Source: a bacterium
GTDB taxonomy: Bacteria > Pseudomonadota > Alphaproteobacteria > Rs-D84
DNA: 37,315 nucleotides
Assembly: GCA_014802705.1 (NCBI GenBank)
Contig: JAAVBR010000007.1
Coordinates: 1-37,315, forward strand
Reading direction: 5' to 3'
Positions within the stretch are counted from its first letter, which is position 1. Every line of letters starts with the position of its first letter. The position numbers were made by a program, and so were the translations under genes. The notes below the pieces were generated by a model that saw only the letters and a list, made by a program, of their open reading frames with translations, was not told the DNA's origin and did not search any database. This document shows, piece after piece, positions 24,240 to 33,092 of the stretch.

Positions 24240-24381
24240 CCGTGGGCTAGAGGGCGAAAATACTATGCCTAATCCAAAGGGACGTTTGCATACAACAAAA
24301 TTCCCAAAATAAAAATCCCCAATTTCCGCATCTTTTCCCCCTGATTTTATGCCTAATCCAAACGTCGGTTTGTTTTCGGCA
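24217..24381 (+). repeat. conserved promoter/leader/mini-ORF cassette, copy 3
   Basis: From TATAAT (24234) to 33 nt inside the ORF it is near-identical to copies 1 and 2. Mini-ORF 24265-24312 encodes MPNPKGRLHTTKFPK. Confidence 0.9.
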
Positions 24382-25018
24382 TCTGGCGCCCACGCCCAGA
24401 TGATTTGTGGGGATTATACCCCAAGTGGTACAAATTCGGGCGAGGGATTTTTGGGGAATAATGAGGCTGTGTATGTGATCGATTCGGAGCTCATTGATTT
24501 AAACAAGTACCGGGTAGCCGCCCATTGTCTGGAATGTGATAAAATTGAGGATATAAATAACGGTTACAAAAGAGCCACAAATTGCACGTACAAGGAAGCA
24601 TTGTGCCCAGGGGAATATTTTCTTTTTAGCCAGGCCGATCAGAAAACGTGTTATCCGTGCGGCACTTATGAATCTAGTTTAACTTATCGGGATTACACAA
24701 ACTTTCATAAGGAAATAGGAAATAATTGGCTAAGTTCGGCGACCAGTTGTGATTATTGTCTGTCTGGCTATTACCGCAGTGGGGCGCCCTGTGTTCCATG
24801 TCCTACGACCCAAAATATACCCGTCGAATCAGTAACAGTGGTGTCGGTGGCGTCTTGGGGGGGACGGTGGCGTTGAAACGTGTTTTCTGGCGATTTCAAC
24901 AGATAATCTGGAAAACGTGACCGGCAATGATGAATCGGGTACCTTTGTTCGATCGTATGAACGACATGAAATCGGTGATCTTTTGGGGATGGAAACTGTT
25001 ATCTGTCCCTATCAATAA
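24349..25018 (+). pseudogene. Cys-rich protein family member 3, interrupted by a frameshift at a G7 tract (pseudogene, phase-variable, or recoded)
   Basis: Frame 0 (24349-24876) ends shortly after G7 (24857-24863). The +1 frame continues ...DGGVETCFLAISTDNLENVTGNDESGTF...VICPYQ* to 25018, supplying the family's conserved C-terminal C-[YF]...D..G...C.Y end. Confidence 0.65.
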
Positions 25019-25052
25019 TAAACACAAAAATATATTTTGTATAAAAAATAAC

Positions 25053-25080
25053 TTGAAATGGGAAATGAAACCCCTATAAT
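25053..25080 (+). promoter_or_regulatory. sigma70-type promoter for the small CxxC protein pair
   Basis: TTGAAA, 16-nt spacer, TATAAT. SD AAGGGG precedes ATG 25102. Confidence 0.55.
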
Positions 25081-25101
25081 AACAAAAAACGTAAGGGGTT
25101 T

Positions 25102-25395
25102 ATGATGCCAAAATGCGATTTTAAAGAGGATTTAGAGGTTGTCTTGTTGGACAGTCCCGTTGGAAATTGTTCCAAATGTATTTTCCACGAATGTTTTCAG
25201 ATCTGTGATAACTATATGATCTGTCGGGATGATAACGGCATGGCGGTCAATTGGAAAATGCGGCGCGGGGGGCAATGTGATGCCATTTTGGCGGCGCAAT
25301 ATGCCTGTAATCGTGGTGTGGATACACAGAATGTATGTCGTCAAAAGATCGCGGCGGCGATTCGTGCCCGCTGTGACCAAGAATATTCGGCCTAA
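25102..25395 (+). CDS. small Cys-rich hypothetical protein, paralog A (97 aa)
   Basis: GNCSKCIFHECFQICDNYMICRDDNGMAVNW...VCRQKIAAAI. It has its own promoter and SD and lies in an AT-rich stretch. Confidence 0.55.
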   Translation: MMPKCDFKEDLEVVLLDSPVGNCSKCIFHECFQICDNYMICRDDNGMAVNWKMRRGGQCDAILAAQYACNRGVDTQNVCRQKIAAAIRARCDQEYSA

Positions 25396-25399
25396 TGAT

Positions 25400-25681
25400 A
25401 TGAAACAGAAATTTGATACGTACGATTTTTATATGCAATTAAAGCCGGTGCCCATCGCGGCGACGGGGGATTGCATGTTTTGTGTGTTTCGGAATTTGCC
25501 CGGCTATTGCGAACAAATGGTGTGTCGCGACGATAATTATCGTCATGTTTATTGGACATTTCGTCATGCAACCGCGTGGGAGGCATTAGATATTTTTAAC
25601 AACGCGGCGATTCGCAAAATTGATATTCCGGCCGCCTGTCGGCGCAAAATCGCCCAGGCATACGGCGTGCATAACAAATAA
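25400..25681 (+). CDS. small Cys-rich hypothetical protein, paralog B (93 aa)
   Basis: GDCMFCVFRNLPGYCEQMVCRDDNYRHVYW...ACRRKIAQAY aligns with paralog A. The internal ATG at 25400 of ORF 25229-25681 is used. Confidence 0.5.
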   Translation: MKQKFDTYDFYMQLKPVPIAATGDCMFCVFRNLPGYCEQMVCRDDNYRHVYWTFRHATAWEALDIFNNAAIRKIDIPAACRRKIAQAYGVHNK

Positions 25682-25709
25682 AAAATCCCGCGGTGATCGC
25701 GGGATTTTT
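25682..25709. terminator. bidirectional terminator between convergent genes
   Basis: ATCCCGCG-GTGAT-CGCGGGAT flanked by A5 and T5. Confidence 0.75.
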
Positions 25710-25717
25710 ATCGTGAT

Positions 25718-26149
25718 TTAACGACGATTTTCGTATTCTTCCTGTTCTTCGATCGTCATGGTGGCCAAGGGGCGCGCCAACATGCGCGACAATCCGATTT
25801 CGTCACCCGACACGACGCTGTACCCGAATGTTCCGTTTTCCATACGTTCCAGGGCCGCGTTGATTTTCTGTAACAGGTTGTTATCCCGTTGCGACATGTG
25901 CAGGTTCATGGTGATTTCCTGTTCCAGTGTCGCATTGTCCGTGTCGTCGCCCACGCCCGCCGATGCGGTTTTGTCCGCCAAACGCACCGCGTTCAAGACG
26001 TCGCCACCGTCACTGAGTAATTCTTCGCGTTGGGCCGTCAATAACTGGTAAAAATAGGCCAGTTGTTGCGGGCACATATACGGTTCCGATTTTTTCGGCA
26101 CGTATTTGGGGGGCAATTCCAACGTCTTGTAATTTTCTTTGTCTGCCAT
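25718..26149 (-). CDS. dksA: DksA-family RNA polymerase-binding transcription factor, Cys4-less variant
   Basis: Coiled-coil tip DDTDNA (DxxDxA) is present. In the C-terminal region GTFGYSVVSGDEIGLSRMLARPLATMTIEEQ all four zinc Cys positions are replaced. Confidence 0.85.
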   Translation of the reverse strand: MADKENYKTLELPPKYVPKKSEPYMCPQQLAYFYQLLTAQREELLSDGGDVLNAVRLADKTASAGVGDDTDNATLEQEITMNLHMSQRDNNLLQKINAALERMENGTFGYSVVSGDEIGLSRMLARPLATMTIEEQEEYENRR

Positions 26150-26153
26150 TGTT

Positions 26154-26471
26154 TTATCCCTTTAATTCCTGGACCCAGGCGGCAAAAGTTTCCGCATCCA
26201 TCAGGCCGGTACGGGCCTCGATCAATTCGCCGTCTTTGAACGCCAAAATGCTGGGGATGCTGCGAATGCCGTATTTGGCCGGGGTGCGGCGGTTGGATTC
26301 GTCGATTTCAAATTTAACAAAGCGCACATCCGGGAATTGATTCGATACCGCTTCGAAAATCGGGCCAAACATTTGGCACGGCCCGCACCAAGACGCCCAA
26401 AAATCCACCAGTGTCACGCCGCCAGCGACCATATCGGCAAAGTTTTCATCGTTTGCATGTTCCAAAGCCAT
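26154..26471 (-). CDS. trxA: thioredoxin
   Basis: WASWCGPCQMF active site. 106 aa from the ATG preceded by AAGGAG; the ORF-track start at 26531 is rejected. Confidence 0.9.
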   Translation of the reverse strand: MALEHANDENFADMVAGGVTLVDFWASWCGPCQMFGPIFEAVSNQFPDVRFVKFEIDESNRRTPAKYGIRSIPSILAFKDGELIEARTGLMDAETFAAWVQELKG

Positions 26472-26544
26472 CTTTTTCTCCTTAGTTATTGATATTTTTA
26501 ATGAGTGTATTATAATCGCCATAAAATGCAAGGGAAATCATAAA

Positions 26545-27660
26545 ATGAATAAAATCATATACTTAGATGCCGCGGCCAGTGCCCTGAAACCGCGCGTCGT
26601 GGTGGATGCCGAAAGGGATTTCTTGGATCATCAATACGCCAATGCCGGCCGGGGGGTCTGTGCGCGGGCGGGCGCGGTGGATCAAATGGTGGCCACGACG
26701 CGGGCCGATGTGGCGGCCTGGATCCATGCCGCCCCGCGTCAGATTGTGTTTACCGCCAACGCGACCGATGGGCTAAACCGGGCGGCGGCCATGATTATGG
26801 ATGCGTGGCGCGCCGCCCCTGTGCCGACCGTCGCCGTATCTGATTTGGATCATCACAGCGCGCGTTTACCCTGGCAACAACGGGCGGGGGCGGGGCGGTG
26901 TCATTTGGTGACGATGCCCCTGGATGCGGCGTACAATATTGATGGCGCGCAAATCCCGCGGGCGGACGTGATGGTGGTGACCGCCATGTCCAATGTGATG
27001 GGTATGCCCCAGGATGTGTCGGCGATTGTGGCATCGGCCCGTCGCCAAAATCCCGATGTCGTGGTGATCGTCGATGCGGCGCAATACGTCGCGCACCGGG
27101 AAATTGATGCCCAGGCCTGGGGGGCGGATTTTATTTGTTTTTCGGGGCACAAAATCGGGGCCGATACAGGCGTTGGGGTGATGTATGTGGCGGATCCGGA
27201 TCGCTGGGGGCCGACCGTGTTCGGTGGCGGCATGGTCAATCGGGTGGGGGCCGATGGGACTTGCATCTGGCATGATGCCCCCCATCGGTTTGAGGCCGGC
27301 ACCTTGCCCCTGACGCAGATTGCCGGTTTGTCCCCCGCGATTCATGCCTGGCGTGCATGGGGCGGGGCGGGGCCGTTGGTTCATCTGATGCATGACCGGT
27401 TGGCAAAAATGCCGGGGATGCGTTTAATCACGGGGCCGGATGCGTCGGTCGTGACGTTTGTGCCCGGAAATATGCATGTGCTGGATTTCGGGGCACGCGC
27501 CGGCGCGCGGGATGTGTGCCTGCGGGTGGGGAATATGTGCGCATCGTGGATGATGCGCGCGCTGAATATCGACGGGGCGGTGCGCCTGTCGGTGGGGCCA
27601 TGGAACGATACGGACGACGTGACGCGGGCCATGGATATTATTGAAAAAATTATGGCGTAA
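26545..27660 (+). CDS. cysteine desulfurase (class V aminotransferase, SufS/NifS-like)
   Basis: YLDAAASALKP, FSGHKIGADTGVG (PLP lysine), and RVGNMCASWMM (catalytic Cys loop). Confidence 0.8.
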   Translation: MNKIIYLDAAASALKPRVVVDAERDFLDHQYANAGRGVCARAGAVDQMVATTRADVAAWIHAAPRQIVFTANATDGLNRAAAMIMDAWRAAPVPTVAVSDLDHHSARLPWQQRAGAGRCHLVTMPLDAAYNIDGAQIPRADVMVVTAMSNVMGMPQDVSAIVASARRQNPDVVVIVDAAQYVAHREIDAQAWGADFICFSGHKIGADTGVGVMYVADPDRWGPTVFGGGMVNRVGADGTCIWHDAPHRFEAGTLPLTQIAGLSPAIHAWRAWGGAGPLVHLMHDRLAKMPGMRLITGPDASVVTFVPGNMHVLDFGARAGARDVCLRVGNMCASWMMRALNIDGAVRLSVGPWNDTDDVTRAMDIIEKIMA

Positions 27661-27662
27661 AT

Positions 27663-27974
27663 ATGACAGCGACCAAAGAAGACATTATCAATGCGTTAAA
27701 AACGGTCTATGACCCGGAAATATCGGTCAATATTTGGGACCTGGGGTTGGTGTATGATATTGCAACTCAGCCTGATGGTGTCGTGATCACGATGACGTTT
27801 ACCAGTCCGACCTGTCCCATGATGGAAGAATTGTTGGACAGTGTCCGCACCGCCGTCGCGGCGGCAACGGGCATGCCGGTGCGGGTGGATTTGGTCTGGG
27901 ATCCGCCGTGGGATTTGTCCCGTATGTCGGATGCGGCGCGGCTGGACCTGGATTTGACCGAACAAGGCTGGTAA
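27663..27974 (+). CDS. DUF59/MIP18-family Fe-S assembly protein (SufT/PaaD-like)
   Basis: ALKTVYDPEISVNIWDLGLVYDI....ITMTFTSPTCPMME. Confidence 0.8.
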   Translation: MTATKEDIINALKTVYDPEISVNIWDLGLVYDIATQPDGVVITMTFTSPTCPMMEELLDSVRTAVAAATGMPVRVDLVWDPPWDLSRMSDAARLDLDLTEQGW

Positions 27975-27980
27975 GAGGAT

Positions 27981-28349
27981 ATGCCCATGACGTATGCAGA
28001 AATCAAAGATATGTTGATGATGTTGGCCGATCCCGCCGACCGGTTAGAGGCGGTAATGGACCTGGGGGCGCATTTGGCCCCCGTTCCGGATGCGGCGACC
28101 TGTCACGAAATTGCAGGCTGCGCCTCACGCGTGGTGCTGTGTCGCGTGGGGAATCGATTTTATGGCGATGCGGATGCCGCCCTGGTTCGCGGGATTGTGG
28201 CGATTTTAATCACCATGGTGGACGGACACAGCCCGGATGAAATCCGGCGTATGGATTTGGCGGGGGATTTTTCGGCCTTGAGGATTCAATTGGGGGCGGG
28301 GCGTCTGTCGGGATTGGATTCTATGATTCGTTTTTTACAGAATTTGTGA
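27981..28349 (+). CDS. sufE: SufE-like sulfur acceptor protein
   Basis: IAGCASRVVL (SufE V.GC.S.VWL motif) and a C-terminal ..SGL.SMIRF. Confidence 0.75.
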   Translation: MPMTYAEIKDMLMMLADPADRLEAVMDLGAHLAPVPDAATCHEIAGCASRVVLCRVGNRFYGDADAALVRGIVAILITMVDGHSPDEIRRMDLAGDFSALRIQLGAGRLSGLDSMIRFLQNL

Positions 28350-28355
28350 TAGAAT
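28347..28355 (+). promoter_or_regulatory. extended -10 element (TGaTAGAAT) overlapping the sufE stop, upstream of ftsL
   Basis: ATTTGTGATAGAAT is the same 13-mer type as at 2382 and 15856. Confidence 0.35.
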
Positions 28356-28392
28356 ATATCTGAAACAAAATTTGGGGGGGTGGGAACACGGT

Positions 28393-28680
28393 ATGAATGA
28401 AGATGAAATAATGTTTCGTTGGGGCGTGGCGGCGGCGGCGGCGGTGCTGTTATTGACGGCGGGATTACAGGTTTGTTACCGTGTTCAAAATAAGACATTG
28501 GCCCGTGTACACGCCGAAACCGTGCGTACACAACAGGAAACCGCCACGTTAGAGGCCAGTTTTGCCAGTTTTGTCCGGCCCGAAATTCTACGGAACCTGG
28601 TCACCAGTATTTACCCCAAGGCCGAGGTTATCGGCTTTCGCAAATCGGTGGCGATTGATGAATTACCGGTCAAAGAATAA
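28393..28680 (+). CDS. ftsL: cell division protein FtsL-like (small bitopic membrane protein)
   Basis: A single TM segment WGVAAAAAVLLLTAGL followed by a coiled-coil. It lies immediately upstream of ftsI, whose ATG follows its stop codon directly. Start is ATG 28393 (GGGAAC upstream) or TTG 28372. Confidence 0.6.
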   Translation: MNEDEIMFRWGVAAAAAVLLLTAGLQVCYRVQNKTLARVHAETVRTQQETATLEASFASFVRPEILRNLVTSIYPKAEVIGFRKSVAIDELPVKE

Positions 28681-30309
28681 ATGTTCGAAGTGGGTCGTGA
28701 TCTTTTAAAAAATGGTTTGATTCGCCGTGCGGCGGATACGGTGCCGCATCAACGGTTGCGCTTTATCTATTCGTTGTTTGCGCTGGCCTTTGCGGTATTT
28801 ATTGGCAAGACATTATATCTGGGGATTCAGGGCACCGATCAATCGCGCCGCGGGACCGGGGATGCGGTCTGGACGGCGTCGCGCGCGGACATTGTGGATC
28901 GTAACGGGGACATTTTGGCCAAGAATGTGATGTCGGGGCATATTACCCTGCGGCCGGGATTGGTGACCGATCGGGATGCGGCGGCGCGCCTGATCCACGA
29001 CACATTGCCGATGGAATATTCATTAAAGGATGCGTTGCGTTTGGTGGCCGAAAAGCGGCGCTTTATCTATGTTAAAAAATTGGCGACGGATGCCGAACGC
29101 GCCGCGGTGCGCCGTGCGCACATCGCCGGTTTGGACGTCGAAGAGGTTCAAGCCCGCCGTTATCCTAAGCGCCGCCTGTTTTCCCACATCGTCGGTTTTG
29201 TCGGCCAAGATGGCCATGGACTGGAGGGGGCCGAACGCGTCTGGGACGATTATCTGCGGGAAAATACGGATCCGCTGCGATTGTCGCTGGATGCACGGAT
29301 TCAGTCGGTTTTTTATGAACAATTGACGCACGCCATGCAGACCTATCAGGCCAAGGGGGCGATGGGATTGTTGATGGATGCGCGCACCGGCGAAATGATT
29401 GCGATGGTATCCCTGCCGGATTTTGATCCGGAAAATCTGGGGGCCAGTTCGGCCGCCGCCCGCCGATTCGCCCCGATGCGCGATCTGTTTGAAATGGGGT
29501 CGATTTTCAAAATTTTTAATACGGCGCTGGCGATGGAAAATGGAATTCGGCGGGAATACCCGGTGGCGTCGCCGTATAAAATCCTGGATAAATTCGGACG
29601 CACGGCGGCCAAGATCAGTGACGTGCGCAGTTTCAAGCCCCCACGGCCCGAATTGTCGGTCGAAGAAATCATGTTGCATTCCTGTAACGTGGGCAGTGCC
29701 CAAATCGCCCTGGATTTGCCAGATGGCGCCCAGCGGGAATTTTTACACCGTATCCACATGGATGACCGGTTGGATTTGGAATTTGGGCGAACCGAACGGG
29801 CGTTGCCCCCGGCCAAGTGGGGCCCGGTGGAACGGGCGGTGTTGTCGTTCGGTCACGGGATATCGGTAACGCCGATGCACCTGTTGCTGGGGGTCAATGC
29901 CATGACGAACGGGGGGATTTATATTTATCCGACATGGCTGCGGCGCCGTGTGGGCGCCGTGCGCGGGGAACGCGTGATCACGCCGGAAATATCAACCGCG
30001 CTGCGGTCGGTGATGGTGCGCATTGCCGAAGAAACCAGTGGCAAAAAGGCGCGCGTATCGGGGATTGAAATCGGGGGGAAAACCGCCACCGCGGAAAAGC
30101 GTAACCCGGACGGTACCGTCGACCGGAAAAGAAACCTGACCGCGTTTGCAGGAATCTTTCCCGCCAGCGCCCCCCAATACACAATCTTGGTTTTCTTGGA
30201 TGAACCCCAGGGAACGCCGGAATCGTTCGGTTTGCGGACGGCGGCGTGGAATGCGGTGCCGACAACGGGTAAAATTTTGGACAGTATCCTGCCGTTGCTA
30301 TTTGAATAA
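28681..30309 (+). CDS. ftsI: peptidoglycan D,D-transpeptidase FtsI (PBP3)
   Basis: TM anchor, dimerisation domain, SxxK (GSIFK), SxN (SCN), and the third motif reading KTA (GGKTATAE) instead of KTG. Confidence 0.88.
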   Translation: MFEVGRDLLKNGLIRRAADTVPHQRLRFIYSLFALAFAVFIGKTLYLGIQGTDQSRRGTGDAVWTASRADIVDRNGDILAKNVMSGHITLRPGLVTDRDAAARLIHDTLPMEYSLKDALRLVAEKRRFIYVKKLATDAERAAVRRAHIAGLDVEEVQARRYPKRRLFSHIVGFVGQDGHGLEGAERVWDDYLRENTDPLRLSLDARIQSVFYEQLTHAMQTYQAKGAMGLLMDARTGEMIAMVSLPDFDPENLGASSAAARRFAPMRDLFEMGSIFKIFNTALAMENGIRREYPVASPYKILDKFGRTAAKISDVRSFKPPRPELSVEEIMLHSCNVGSAQIALDLPDGAQREFLHRIHMDDRLDLEFGRTERALPPAKWGPVERAVLSFGHGISVTPMHLLLGVNAMTNGGIYIYPTWLRRRVGAVRGERVITPEISTALRSVMVRIAEETSGKKARVSGIEIGGKTATAEKRNPDGTVDRKRNLTAFAGIFPASAPQYTILVFLDEPQGTPESFGLRTAAWNAVPTTGKILDSILPLLFE

Positions 30310-30351
30310 AATTTGATTATAATAATTTCGATAAGAAAAAAAGAGATTAGC

Positions 30352-32124
30352 GTGAGAAAGATAGTAGAGAAATCCATGCTGGGCCGGGCATGGATATCGG
30401 CGGCGGTGGACGGCGCCGGTGGCCTGGATATGACGACCGATACGGATAAATTGCTGCGCGACATTTTGGCCAGTCGCGGGGTCACAGGTGATGCCGAGGT
30501 TCAGCGATTTTTAAATCCGACGATCAAAGAGTATATGCCCGATCCGTCTGTCTTGCAGGATATGGACACGGCGGCGCGTTTGATTGCCGATGCCATTGTG
30601 ACGGGCGATCGGATTGCGATTTATGGCGACTATGACGTTGACGGCATTACGTCGACGGCGATTTTTGTGAAATATCTGCGGGGCCTGGGGGCGGATGTCA
30701 TCTGGCATTTGCCCACCCGCGAAGGCGAAGGATACGGTCTGAATGTGGCCGCGGTCGAAGAAATCGCCGCCCAGGGGGCCAAATTGCTGGTAACGGTCGA
30801 TTGCGGCATCAGTGGCGCCGTTGAGGTTGCGCGGGCCCGCGATTTGGGCATGCGCGTGGTGGTGACCGATCATCATTCGCCGGACGCCGTGTTGCCGGCG
30901 GCCGATGCCGTGGTCAATCCCAAACGCACGGATGATACGTCGGGTTTATCCTATCTGGCCGGCGTCGGGGTGGCGTTTTTGACCCTGGTGGCGTTGAATC
31001 GGGAATTAAAGGCCCGTGATGTCACGCCCGCGATGCGGACGGCGTTGGACAACATCAATCTGATGGAATACATGGACCTGGTGGCGTTGGGGACAATTTG
31101 CGACACGATGCAATTGATCGGCCTGAATCGGGCGTTTGTGGCAACGGGCCTGCGGGTGATGGATCTGCGCCAGAATTTGGGTCTGCGCGTTTTGATGGAT
31201 ATTGCCGGGATAAAAAAATCATCGGTCTATGCGGCCGGCTTTGCGATTGGACCGCGGCTGAATGCGGCGGGGCGCCTGGATTCGGCGGCGCCGGCGTTGG
31301 AATTGCTGTTGACGGACAATCCCTTGATCGCCCAGGATTTGGCCGCACGCCTGCATCAAATGAACCAGGAACGGATTGATATTCAAAACGCCGTGATGAT
31401 CCAGGCATCCGACATGGCCCAGGCCGCCGCATCGGCGGGGCAATACAGTCTGTTTGTCTGTGGGGACAATTGGCATGGCGGCATTATGGGAATTATTGCC
31501 GGACGGTTAAAGGATAAATATAATCTGCCGGCGTGCGTTGCGACGCGTTGTGACGGGACCATCAACGGATCGGGCCGATCCATTCCGGGGGTGGATTTGG
31601 GGCGGATTATACACGATGCACTGGCGGCCGGTGTGGTACAAGAAGGGGGCGGTCACGCGGCGGCGGCGGGCTTTACCCTGGCCGCGGATAGGGAAGGGGA
31701 TTTTAGAGAATTTCTGGAACAGGGTGTTCGGGCCCAATGCGGCGGATGTGTGCCGGTGCCGGAAATTGTGGTGGATGCCGAATTGGATGCGGCCGGGGCA
31801 AACAGGGGATTGGTTCAGAAACTGGCGGCGTTGGAACCCTTTGGCCAGGGAAACCCCGAACCGATGTTGGCCCTGCGGGGGGCGATTGTGAAATCGGCGG
31901 TGACGATGGGGCGGGGCGCCCATTTGCGCGGGATGGTCACGACGCGGGCCGGGGGGCATTTGGCCTTTGTCGGCTTTAACCTGGTGGGGACGCCGGTGGG
32001 TGACTTTTTGCTGGACGACGCGCATACAAACACTACAATAACCATGTTGGGCCGGTTAAAGGAAAATGAATACAACGGACGGGTGTTGATCCAATTTATG
32101 TTGGAAGATATCGTGGTGCAATAA
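30352..32124 (+). CDS. recJ: single-stranded-DNA-specific exonuclease RecJ
   Basis: DHH motifs (GDYDVDGITS, TVDCGIS, VVTDHH), a DHHA1 motif (GGGHAAAAGF) and a C-terminal OB region. The start is uncertain (GTG 30352, ATG 30376 or TTG 30313). Confidence 0.9.
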   Translation: MRKIVEKSMLGRAWISAAVDGAGGLDMTTDTDKLLRDILASRGVTGDAEVQRFLNPTIKEYMPDPSVLQDMDTAARLIADAIVTGDRIAIYGDYDVDGITSTAIFVKYLRGLGADVIWHLPTREGEGYGLNVAAVEEIAAQGAKLLVTVDCGISGAVEVARARDLGMRVVVTDHHSPDAVLPAADAVVNPKRTDDTSGLSYLAGVGVAFLTLVALNRELKARDVTPAMRTALDNINLMEYMDLVALGTICDTMQLIGLNRAFVATGLRVMDLRQNLGLRVLMDIAGIKKSSVYAAGFAIGPRLNAAGRLDSAAPALELLLTDNPLIAQDLAARLHQMNQERIDIQNAVMIQASDMAQAAASAGQYSLFVCGDNWHGGIMGIIAGRLKDKYNLPACVATRCDGTINGSGRSIPGVDLGRIIHDALAAGVVQEGGGHAAAAGFTLAADREGDFREFLEQGVRAQCGGCVPVPEIVVDAELDAAGANRGLVQKLAALEPFGQGNPEPMLALRGAIVKSAVTMGRGAHLRGMVTTRAGGHLAFVGFNLVGTPVGDFLLDDAHTNTTITMLGRLKENEYNGRVLIQFMLEDIVVQ

Positions 32125-32126
32125 CA

Positions 32127-33092
32127 ATGAATGATATAAAAGAAAAATTGAACCAGTTTGCAGAGATGGTTGCGCAATCGGCGACCATCGCGATTATGGC
32201 ACATAACAATCCCGATGGGGATGCGCTGTGCAGTGTGTTGGGATTGTGTCATTTAATCGAATTAAATTTTGGAAAAAGCCCCGTATGCCTTTATGACGGG
32301 AATATTCCGGGATATTTGGATGTGGTGCCCCTGCGGGATAAAATGGTGTGTGTGGAACAGGCCCCGGCGGAACCCTTTGATCTGGTGATTGTGTTGGATT
32401 GCGGGGCCCTGTATCAAATGGCGCGGGGCACGGCGATTTTGGCGGCGGCCAAGGATAAAATTGAAATCGATCATCATCACAAAGAAGATGACGGGGCGTT
32501 GGCCGAATTAAACTTTAACGACGATACGCGATGCGCCACGGCGGAAATTATTGATCAGATGATGCGGGCGGCCGATTGGGTGTATGACATGGATGTGTTG
32601 AATTTGTTGACCATCGGCGTGTTGACGGATACCGGAAATTTACGGTTTGTGCGGCAATCGGATCCCCTGCGGATGATGGCGGATTTTGTGGATCGCGGCA
32701 TCAATATCGGATATTGGATGGACGCGTTGGCCGTCAATCCGCGGCGCGCCGTCTTGACCGAGGCAGCCGTCACATCCCGCGCAGAATTTTTTCACAATGG
32801 GCGCCTGGCCCTGGCCACGGTCCCGCGCAGCGACTATAAAAATTTGGATGGCAAAGGGGCCCTGATCATGAATCTGCTGGGGCAAATCCGCGGGGTGGAA
32901 TATGTCGCAGTGTTAAAGCAGCAACGCCCCGATCAGATTGGCGTGTCCCTGCGCAGTCGGACCCATCCGGTGGATGGTTTTGCCCGGGCGCTGGGGGGTG
33001 GGGGGCATACGTATGCGGCCGGCGCCGTGGTACGGGATACCCTGGAAAACGTGCGTCAACGCGTGATAGATTTGTTTAAAGGAGAGGAATAA
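32127..33092 (+). CDS. nrnA: DHH/DHHA1 phosphoesterase (NrnA-like oligoribonuclease/pAp phosphatase)
   Basis: HNNPDGDALCS, VLDCG, IDHHH, GGGGHTYAAG. Confidence 0.8.
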   Translation: MNDIKEKLNQFAEMVAQSATIAIMAHNNPDGDALCSVLGLCHLIELNFGKSPVCLYDGNIPGYLDVVPLRDKMVCVEQAPAEPFDLVIVLDCGALYQMARGTAILAAAKDKIEIDHHHKEDDGALAELNFNDDTRCATAEIIDQMMRAADWVYDMDVLNLLTIGVLTDTGNLRFVRQSDPLRMMADFVDRGINIGYWMDALAVNPRRAVLTEAAVTSRAEFFHNGRLALATVPRSDYKNLDGKGALIMNLLGQIRGVEYVAVLKQQRPDQIGVSLRSRTHPVDGFARALGGGGHTYAAGAVVRDTLENVRQRVIDLFKGEE

